Shown: positions 27,676 to 38,000 of the stretch, in pieces
How the letters are laid out: each line of letters begins with the position of its first letter
Position numbering within the stretch: the first letter of the stretch is position 1
Assembly (NCBI GenBank): GCA_046329515.1
Contig: JAXLUM010000001.1
Location: forward strand, 1,531,247-1,595,246
Length of the DNA stretch: 64,000 bases
Direction: 5' to 3'
Source of the DNA: Chitinophagales bacterium
GTDB taxonomy: Bacteria; Bacteroidota; Bacteroidia; Chitinophagales; LD1
The notes under the pieces: model-generated
Seen by the model: the letters and a program-made list of their open reading frames with translations, nothing else
The model's database searches: none
What the model was told of the DNA's origin: nothing
Program-made: the position numbers and the translations under genes

Positions 27676-28377
27676 ATGAATCCAATAAGTATAGGAATTG
27701 TAGAAGACGAAATGATTATTGCCAACGTGCTTGAACTTACACTGGGTAAATTGGGCTATAAGGTAGCCTTTACTGCTTATAACTATAACTCCGCAATTGA
27801 GTTGCTAAAGGATAAACAACCTGATCTTTTGTTACTTGACATACATTTAGGCGGGCAACATGATGGCGTGGATTTGGCCAAGTACGTAAGAGAAAACTAT
27901 GATATGTGTATCATATTTCTGACTGCCTTTGGCGATGCTGTAACTGTTACACGTGCCAAAGAAGTAAAACCTAATGCTTACTTGCTGAAGCCCTTTAATA
28001 AAGATAGTTTGTATGCCGCTATTGAAATAGCAGCGGCTGACCCTGCGGCATTTGCTAAAACAAATTTATCTATAGTGGTAAAATCGGGTTACAATTATGT
28101 AAAGGTGGTGCTAAAGGATATTCGGTATGTGAGCAGCGATCAGAATTATGTGACGCTTCACTTAGGCAAACATGAAAAGGTAATGGTGCGTTCCACCCTT
28201 GCCGAAATGCACGCCAGGCTGGGAGATAAGCTGTTTTTTAAAATAAACAGAGGTTTTGTGGTGAATGTTGAACATGTTACTGAAATTCAAACTGATAATG
28301 TGCTTATAGGCCAGGAAGTGTTTCAGGTGTCTAAAAGCCAGCGCGATGCGTTGCTTGCGGTAATGGAAGCCGGGTAG
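27676..28377 (+). CDS. LytTR-family response regulator
   Basis: 233-aa ORF. The receiver domain shows IVEDEMII, LLLLDIHL and LLKPF. The C-terminal LytTR-like block is IRYVSSDQNYVTLHL...FFKINRGFVVNVEHV. It starts 41 bp after the kinase stop. Confidence 0.9.
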   Translation: MNPISIGIVEDEMIIANVLELTLGKLGYKVAFTAYNYNSAIELLKDKQPDLLLLDIHLGGQHDGVDLAKYVRENYDMCIIFLTAFGDAVTVTRAKEVKPNAYLLKPFNKDSLYAAIEIAAADPAAFAKTNLSIVVKSGYNYVKVVLKDIRYVSSDQNYVTLHLGKHEKVMVRSTLAEMHARLGDKLFFKINRGFVVNVEHVTEIQTDNVLIGQEVFQVSKSQRDALLAVMEAG

Positions 28378-28646
28378 GTATGAAATAGTTTTTATATGTC
28401 TATAACGCGTGGAGAAGCTCCAAACTCATCCCATCTTTTTACTCTCCCGTCCCTTTTTTTTGCATGGGGTTTATATACCCGTAGTTTTGGTGATGTAAGG
28501 GCCTAACCCTCTATACATGTCAACCCACACACTACCATTATTCCTGAAATCAGGCTGTTCATTTGTTGCCGCTTTCTTGCCGTTGGCATTATTCTCCTTA
28601 CTGTTTCGCGCTATCATATAATCTAAGTATCTGAAATGAGATTCAT

Positions 28647-29030
28647 ATGAATTTTAAAGCTCTACCCGCACAAACACACCCTTTTTTTAAAACACTTTTT
28701 ACAATACTACTGATTGGCGTGGGTTCAGGTTTGTTTGCACAAACATCCGCCGGGGGGACACCTTCATTTCCTTCAAATGAAAATTTGAAGCAGGCAAAGT
28801 TTACATACCGCATTATAACGGCAACAAACAATACCAGTTGCTATGATATTCTTATGGACGGTAAGTTGTTTATCCACCAGACATCCATACCGGGTATGCC
28901 GGGTAATGAGGGTTTTAAAACTAAAGAGCAGGCCGGCAGGGTAGCGGAACTGGTAATACAGAAACTGAAAAACGGTGAAATGCCGCCCACAGTTAGCGAG
29001 GAAGAAATGAGAAAACTAAAAGCACTTTAA
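28647..29030 (+). CDS. small secreted protein, DUF4907-like
   Basis: 127-aa ORF with signal peptide ...LLIGVGSGLFAQT. The core YDILMDGKLFIHQTSIPGMPGNEGFKTKEQAGRVAELVIQKLKNGEMPPTVS matches my memory of DUF4907, a family usually found next to Kelch-repeat genes. It ends 17 bp before the Kelch-containing giant gene. Confidence 0.6.
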   Translation: MNFKALPAQTHPFFKTLFTILLIGVGSGLFAQTSAGGTPSFPSNENLKQAKFTYRIITATNNTSCYDILMDGKLFIHQTSIPGMPGNEGFKTKEQAGRVAELVIQKLKNGEMPPTVSEEEMRKLKAL

Positions 29031-29047
29031 AAATATACTTCAGTAAA

Positions 29048-32000
29048 ATGAATACTTCTCTAAAAATAAATCTGATGCGGGTAAAAATCAAAACGCAACC
29101 ATTCTTATTGGTTATCTTGTTTACGCTCATTACGCAGCTTGCATTTTCGCAATGGACACAGAAGGCTGACCTGGGCGGCACTAAACGAAATGGTGCTGTT
29201 GGCTTTGGTATTGGTACCAAGGGGTATATTGGAACAGGATTTGACGGTGGTGTGGAACAGGGTGATTTTTGGGAATATGACCCCACCAATAATACCTGGA
29301 CACAGAAGGCTAATTTTGGTGGCGGCGCAAGAGGTTCTGCTGTTGGTTTTAGTATCGGTAGCATGGGCTATATAGGTACGGGTATGGATGGAAACGGGTG
29401 GTATAGCGATTTTTACGAATACGACCCTGTGCTGAATACCTGGACACAAAAAGCGGATTTGCCGGGAAATAACCGCTCTGAAGCAGTAGGATTTAGCATT
29501 GGAACAAAAGGGTATATAGGTACAGGGTTTGGTAGTGGCAATTGCTATAAAGATTTCTATGAATACGACCCTGGTGCAGATACATGGACACAGAAGGCCG
29601 ACTTAACCGGTGCTGTACGCAGAGATGCCGTCGGATTCAGCATTGGCGCTAAGGGCTACATAGGAACGGGCATGAACTGTTCTGCGGGAATAGGTTATGA
29701 ATATAATGATTTTTGGGAATATGACCCTTCTAATAATACATGGACACAGAAAGCAAACTTTGGGGGAACCGGTAGATTTTTGGCTTCCGGTTTTGGCCTT
29801 AATGGTAAGGGATATTTGGGGTTAGGCGTTATTGGCTTCAGCACTTATCCCACCGATTTTTGGCAATATGACCCTGTAGGCGATACATGGACGCAACAAA
29901 CTAATTTTCCCGGAACTCCGAGAAGAGATTTCCCTTCCTTTGCTATAGGCACTAAAGGTTACCTGGGAACAGGAGTGGATGATGCGGGCTATTACAAGGA
30001 TTTTTGGGAGTTTAGCCCTTCCGTAGCTTTGTGCACTGCACCCAACGGCACTGTTGCATTCAGCCCGTTTACCAATATTGCCGGTTCAACAACTACTATT
30101 AATGTTAGCTATACTAACGGAAGTAATCCGGCAACTGGTTATGCGCTTTTAAGAAGTACAACCTCAACCCCTCCAACGGCACCTTCATCAGGAGCCGGTA
30201 TTCCTACAGCAGGCAGTACATCGTTTGTTGCGGGTTTTACAGTAATAGATACCACCACTACAATAGGTAGCACTGTAGCGTTTACCGCCACGGGTTTAGC
30301 ATCGGGCACACAATATTACTATTGGGTAGTAGCGTACCAAAAAACCAATGGCCCTTGTTGGTTTACACCTTCCCCACAAAGCTCAAACACGGCCACTACA
30401 ATTGTTGTACCGGCCACTGCGCTAAAATTTGACGGCGTAGATGACCAGGTACTTATTAGTAACTCATCTGTATTTAATGTGACTTCCGGAACCATTGAAG
30501 CCTGGTTTAAAACAAGTAATGCGGGTTCCTCATTCCGTGGTATTGTTGTTAAGGAAAACTATTATGGCCTGTTCCTTACAGATAACAAAGTTTATGTACA
30601 TAACTGGAGCAACGGCTCGGGCATTACCTCAGCCGCCACGTATAACGACAACAACTGGCACCATGTAGCTTTTGTATTTAATTATGGTGTTACCAACGGT
30701 TCGAAAGTGTTTATTGACGGAGTGGCGCAGGCCCCCTTTACTTATAATCCGGGCACTGCAACTCCCACTACGCTGGCAATTGGTAATAGCCCCGGGAATC
30801 CACAAAATTTTAATGGAACTATAGATGAAGTACGAATATGGAACAAGGCTTTGTGCGATGGTGCCATAATCAACCAACGCAATTGTGAACTGGGTGGTAC
30901 GTTGAGCAGCGATTTGCTGGCTTACTATAAATTTAACCAGGGAACTGATGGCGCTAACAATACATCTATTACCAGTTTAACCGATGCCAAAGGTACTTAC
31001 CCGGGAAGCTTTTCGGGTATGGCATTAACCGGCGGCGCCTCCAATTTTGTAGCTGGCGGTGCAACGCCTAACGGCAATACCTGTTCTTATGTGCCTTTAT
31101 CGGCCACCGCCGCTAACACCGGACCGTTTTGCGCCGGAGGTACCATTAGCGTAAGTTCAAGTGCCAGTGGAGGTAACGCAGCATACAGTTATTCGTGGGC
31201 AAGCAGCGCCGGGGGAGCATATACAGCTACCGGAAGTCCTGCTACGCGTCCATCTGCGACGATAGCTATGAGTGGTGCATATAATGTAACTGTAAACGAT
31301 GCCAACTCTTGTACAGCAACGGCTACTACAACCGTAACGGTTAACGCTATCCCATCTGCGCCAACAGTGGGCACTATTACTCAACCTACATGTGCTTTAT
31401 CAACAGGCAGTGTCGCCTTAAGCGGCCTGCCAACTTCAGCCTGGACGGTAACTGCTACACCGGGTGGAGCAACCATAACGGGTTCAACAGCCACTGCTAC
31501 TTTCAGTGGATTGGCGGCTAATACGTATACCTTTAAGGTAACGCTAACTTCTTCTGGTTGTATCTCAGCATCATCAGCTAATGCGGTTATCAATCCAGCG
31601 CCATCTTCACCGGCAGCACCAACAGTTGGTACAATTACTCAACCTACATGTGCTTTATCAACAGGCAGTGTCGCCTTAAGCGGCCTGCCAACTTCAGCCT
31701 GGACGGTAACTGCTACACCGGGTGGAGCTACCATAACGGGTTCAACAGCCACTGCTACTTTCAGCGGCTTGGCGGCTAATACGTATACCTTTAAGGTAAC
31801 GCTAACTTCTTCAGGCTGTATCTCAGCATCATCAGCTAATGCGGTTATCAATCCAGCGCCATCTTCACCGGCAGCACCAACAGTTGGTACAATTACTCAA
31901 CCTACATGCGCTTTGTCAACGGGCAGTGTGGTACTGAGCGGTCTGCCGGCGGGCAACTGGACATTGAACCCGGGTAATATTGCAGGTTCTACCAGCAGCA

Positions 32001-35000
32001 CAACCGTATCGGGCCTTGCAGCAAACACCTACAATTACACCGTTACCAATGCATCGGGCTGTGTGTCTTCGCCATCGGCTAACGTTGTTATCAATGTAGC
32101 GCCATCATCACCGGCAGCTCCAACAGTAGGTACAATTACCCAACCTACCTGCGCTGTAGCAACAGGCAGTGTGGTACTGAGCGGTCTGCCGGCAGGCAAC
32201 TGGACATTGAACCCGGGTAACATTGCAGGTTCTACCACCAGCACTACGGTATCGGGTCTTGCAGCAAACACCTACAATTACACCGTAACCAATGCATCGG
32301 GCTGTGTTTCTTCACCATCGGCTAACGTTGTTATAAATGCTCAACCGGTAACCCCATCTGCTCCAACAGTTGGTACGATTACACAACCTACCTGCGCTGT
32401 AGCAACAGGTAGTGTAGTGTTAAGCGGTCTGCCGGCAGGTAACTGGACATTGAACCCGGGTAACATTGCAGGTTCTACTACCAGCACTACCGTATCGGGT
32501 CTTGCAGCAAATACCTATAACTACACCGTTACCAATGCATCGGGTTGTGTGTCTTCACCATCGGCTAACGTTGTTATAAATGCTCAACCGGTAACCCCAT
32601 CTGCGCCAACAGTTGGAACTATCACCCAACCTACCTGTGCTGTAGCAACGGGCAGTGTGGTACTGAGTGGTCTGCCTGCAGGTAACTGGACCTTGAACCC
32701 GGGTAATATTGCAGGTTCTACCACCAGCACTACCGTATCGGGTCTTGCAGCAAACACCTACAATTACACCGTTACCAATGCATCGGGCTGTGTATCGGCT
32801 CCATCGGCTAACGTTGTTATCAATGCTCAACCGGTAACCCCATCTGCGCCAACAGTGGGTACGATTACTCAACCTAGCTGCGCTGTAGCAACAGGCAGTG
32901 TGGTATTGAGCGGCCTGCCGGCAGGCAACTGGACATTGAACCCGGGAAATATTGCAGGTTCTACCACCAGCACTACCGTATCGGGTCTTGCAGCAAACAC
33001 CTACAATTACACCGTTACCAATGCATCGGGCTGTGTGTCGGCTCCATCGGCTAACGTTGTAATTAATGCAGCGCCATCTTCACCGGGAGCGCCAACAGTT
33101 GGAACTATCACCCAACCTAGCTGCGCTGTAGCAACAGGCAGTGTAGTACTGAGCGGCCTGCCGGCAGGCAACTGGACATTGAACCCGGGAAATATTGCAG
33201 GTTCTACCACCAGCACTACCGTATCGGGTCTTGCAGCAAACACCTACAATTACACCGTTACCAATGCATCGGGCTGTGTGTCGGCTCCATCGGCTAACGT
33301 TGTAATTAATGCAGCGCCATCTTCACCGGGAGCGCCAACAGTTGGAACTATCACCCAACCTAGCTGCGCTGTAGCAACAGGCAGTGTAGTACTGAGTGGT
33401 CTGCCGGCAGGTAACTGGACATTGAACCCGGGAAATATTGCAGGTTCTACCACCAGCACTACCGTATCGGGCCTTGCCGCCAACACCTACAATTACACCG
33501 TAACCAACGCATCGGGTTGTGTGTCTTCACCATCGGCTAACGTTGTTATCAATGCAGCCCCTTCTTCACCGGCAGCACCAACAGTTGGTACAATTACTCA
33601 ACCTACATGCGCTTTGTCAACGGGCAGTGTGGTACTGAGTGGTCTGCCAGCAGGTAACTGGACGTTGAACCCGGGAAACATTGCAGGTTCTACTACCAGC
33701 ACTACCGTATCGGGTCTTGCAGCAAACACTTACAACTACACCGTAACCAATGCATCGGGCTGTGTGTCTGCTCCATCTGCTAACGTTGTTATCAATGCTC
33801 AACCGGTAACCCCATCTGAACCAACAGTTGGTACGATTACTCAACCTACCTGCGCTGTAGCAACAGGTAGTGTAGTGTTAAGCGGTCTGCCAGCAGGTAA
33901 CTGGACATTGAACCCGGGTAATATTGCAGGTTCTACCACCAGCACTACCGTATCTGGTCTTGCAGCAAATACCTACAACTACACCGTTACTAATGCATCG
34001 GGCTGTGTGTCTGCTCCATCGGCTAACGTTGTTATAAATGCTCAACCGGTTACCCCATCTGCGCCAACAGTGGGCACTATTACTCAACCTAGCTGCGCTG
34101 TAGCAACAGGCAGTGTGGTACTGAGCGGTCTGCCGGCAGGCAACTGGACCTTAAACCCGGGTAACATTGCGGGTTCTACCACCAGCACTACCGTATCGGG
34201 TCTTGCAGCAAACACTTACAACTACACCGTAACCAATGCATCGGGCTGTGTGTCTTCACCATCGGCTAACGTTGTTATCAATGCAGCGCCTTCTTCACCG
34301 GCAGCGCCAACAGTGGGCACTATTACTCAACCTACCTGCGCTGTAGCAACAGGCAGTGTGGTACTGAGTGGTCTGCCGGCAGGTAACTGGACCTTGAACC
34401 CGGGAAATATTGCAGGTTCTACCACCAGCACTACCGTATCGGGCCTTGCCGCAAACACTTACAACTACACCGTTACCAATGCATCGGGCTGTGTATCGGC
34501 TCCATCGGCTAACGTTGTTATAAATGCTCAACCGGTAACCCCATCTGCACCAACAGTTGGTAAGATTACTCAACCTAGCTGCGCTGTAGCAACAGGCAGT
34601 GTGGTATTGAGCGGCCTGCCAGCAGGTAACTGGACCTTAAACCCGGGAAACATTGCAGGTTCTACCACCAGCACTACCGTATCGGGCCTTGCCGCAAACA
34701 CTTACAACTACACCGTTACCAATGCATCGGGCTGTGTGTCTTCACCATCGGCTAACGTTGTTATCAATGCAGCGCCTTCTGCACCTGCAACTCCAACCAT
34801 TACGGCTAACGAAACATCGGGAGCAACCGATAACGATGGAATTATTTGTGATTTAGCTATTGTTACGTTAAGCAGTACGGCTGCTACCACTTATGCCTGG
34901 AGCAATGGCGGCGGAAACGGCCAAACCAGCAACCCTTTTTCACTAATCGGTAATACTACTTATTCGCTTACGGTAACCAATGCCAGCAATTGCTCTGCCA

Positions 35001-38000
35001 CGGCAAACTATACAGTTACAGTAAGTGCAAGCGCAACAGCTAACGCCGGCCCGGCTTTAAGCGCCATATGCCAGGGTAGCACCACAGCCCCATTAGGTGG
35101 TACTGTAACAGGCGGAGCAAGCGGAGGTACCTGGAGCGATGGGGGAGCAGGCGGAACCTTTACGCCTAACGCTAATGACTTAAATGCTACCTACACAGCA
35201 GCGGCCAACGCACCGGCTTCAGTAACATTAACCTTAACCACCACCGGTGCTTATTGCGGAAACCAAACCGCGAGTAAAACCCTTACCGTAAATCCAAATC
35301 CAATATTTCAATTTAGCCTGGCTACTGACCCAATTACCTGTGGCGCTTCAGACGGAACGATAGCATTTATAGCGTTAAATAACACCACTTACTCCATTAC
35401 TTATACAAAAGATGGTAATCCTCAACCGGCAACAAATTTAACCAGCAACAGCTTAGGCATATTAACCATTACCGGCTTAAGCGCCGGTACTTATACCGAC
35501 ATTACAGCAACTTTTGGCAGTTGCTCAACTACCTCCAGCGGGCCATATACATTAACTAACCCAATAATGTATGCTAATGCAGGCCCGGCCATAGCAACCA
35601 TATGCCCGGGCGGAACCACAGCCAATTTAAGTGGAACTGTGGGCGGCGGAGCTACCGGAGGTATATGGAGCGATGGAGGAGCAGGCGGAACCTTTACGCC
35701 TAGCGCCAATGACTTAAATGCTACCTACACGGCACCAGGCAATGCACAAAGCGGAGTGATATTAACCTTAACTACTACAGGAGGCCTGTGCGCAGCAGTT
35801 AGTGATAACAACCCACTTCCTGTATATCCAATCGCAACCCCACCAACTATTACGGCCACTGAAACCTCGGGTACGGCTAATGATGGAATTATTTGTGATG
35901 GCACTTCGCTTACGCTAAGCAGTACGGCAGCTACTACTTATGCCTGGAGCAATGGCGGCGGAAGCAGCCAAACCACCGGCAGTTTGTCTCCATCATCGTC
36001 AACCGTTTATGACCTTACAATAACTGATGGTAACGGCTGTTCTGCTACTGCTTCAGCGACAATAACTGTAAATACACCCATAGCGCTTACTGCCAATGCA
36101 ACCGACGCAACTACCTTTGGTGGTAACGATGGTGCCATTGACCTTACCGTTACTGGTGGTAACGCGGCTTTATTTTATAATTGGAGCAACAACGCTACTA
36201 CCGAAGATATTACAGGCCTGGTTGCAGGCAACTATAATGTAACTGTTACTGCAGGAGCCTGCTCAGCCACAGCGGGCTATACGGTAGCCCAACCCGCCAA
36301 CCTGTGTCCTTCTTCAGTATTATATGTAGATAAATCTATAACCATTTCCGGTGATGGCAGTACCTGGGCCACCGCTATTAAAGAGCTGGCCGATGCCCTT
36401 AAAATTGCCCACCAATGCCCTAACGTTACCCAGGTAATGGTGGCTAAAGGTACCTACCTGGCCTTGTATTATCCTTTTGACGGAGGTGCCGAGATTAGCG
36501 CTAACGAAGACCGCGATAAAACCTTCCACCTGCGCAGCAATTTGGAGGTGTATGGTGGTTATGATGCCGCCAGCGGCACCCGTAATATTGCCGCTAACCC
36601 TACCATACTAAGCGCAGAACTTGCCGGCGGAAACCCGGGGGAATTTATATATCATGTAGTGTTAATTGCTAATAGCAACTTAACCGATAAAAACACCCTG
36701 GATGGCTTTATTATTCAGAATGGCTTTGCGGATGGAAGTGATGATGTAACCATACCCGGTGGAAACATTGTTATAGATGGTGAGTCGGGCAGTGGAATAT
36801 ACGCCCATGGAGGCACCAATACCATTAGCAACAATACCCTTCAGCAAAATTATTCTAAAACAGCAGGTGGTGGTGTTTTTACCAAAAACGGAAACAATAC
36901 CATTAGTAGCAATACCATTGTTGGCAATTCAAGTAATAGCTATGGCGGTGGAATATGTACTAATGGGGGGAATAACACTATCATAAACAATACCATCAGC
37001 GGTAACAGCGGTGGTTTCACAGCCGGAGGAATATCTACCAGCTCGGGCACTAACTTAATTATCAATAATACCATCATTAGAAATTCATCTTCAATTGGGG
37101 GCGGTGGAATATCTACAGATGGCGGTACAAATACCATCAGCAACAATATACTATGGGAGAATAAGAGAGGCTCTGCTACCAATGCAGCAGCCTCAGATAT
37201 CGCCACTAATAGTGGTAACAACACCATTAAGAATAACCTGCTGCAGTTGGAGCCAAGCAAGTATAATGCAGGCAACTACAATGCGCTTGGTGCAGGGGCG
37301 GAGAGCAATTTATTTGCTATAGACCCGAATTTTGTAGATGCTAACGATATTGACGGACCGGACGGCATAAATAGAACAGCCGATGACGGTGCGCGCCTTA
37401 AAGTGGGCAGCCCATGCAATGGCATAGGCCTTACCGGCCCGGGTGTGCCTGCTAAAGATATACTTGACTTGACCAGAGACGCAACAGCACCTGATTTAGG
37501 CGCTTATGAAACAGACGGCACCTGCCCTGAATTTACCGTAAATGCCGCTGTAAGCAACAACGAGCCCTACATTGGCAATGAACTTACCCTGACTGCCACT
37601 TTAGAACCTGCCGGTATTACAGGTGTATCTTTCCTTTGGAAAGCCGCATTTGAAAATGATAACATAATTACTAACGCCAATGCCGCCACGGCCAACGTTA
37701 AACTGGCTAAGTCCGATATTTTTAGTGTAACGGCTACCCAGTCCAATGGTTGTGTTAAAACCGCTTCGGTAACGGTAGAAGCCGATTTAGAAATAATGGC
37801 GGGCTTTAGCCCACCCGATGGACAAAATCCGGTACTGAAGGTAAAAGATGGCTGTACCCGCAATTTGGAAAAAGCTACCTGGTGCATAAAAGATATGAAT
37901 GGCAACCCTGTGGCCTGCGGTGAAGGTGCGCTGTATTGGAATGGCAGGCATTATTATACAAACGCGCCAATGCCTAATGGGCAATATTTGGTGAATCTTG

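Noticed and set aside
28378-28646. A search for LytTR-type direct repeats upstream of the DUF4907-like gene. I found the cctgaaatcagg palindrome (~28545), a second ctgaaat near 28634, and ttgccgc/ttgccgt 11 bp apart (~28583).
   Set aside because: The spacing and length do not match the 9-bp repeat with ~12-bp spacer pattern known for LytTR regulators such as AgrA or AlgR. The evidence is too weak to call a binding site.
31351-34783. A regular 243/258-bp periodicity that might suggest a CRISPR-like or satellite array
   Set aside because: The units are contiguous with no unique spacers. They are far longer than CRISPR repeats, in frame, and coding within a large ORF.
31157-34890. A series of near-identical 60-105 aa antisense ORFs repeating every 243 bp
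   Set aside because: They are shadows of the tandem array in the 3012-aa gene. They repeat only because the sense-strand units repeat.
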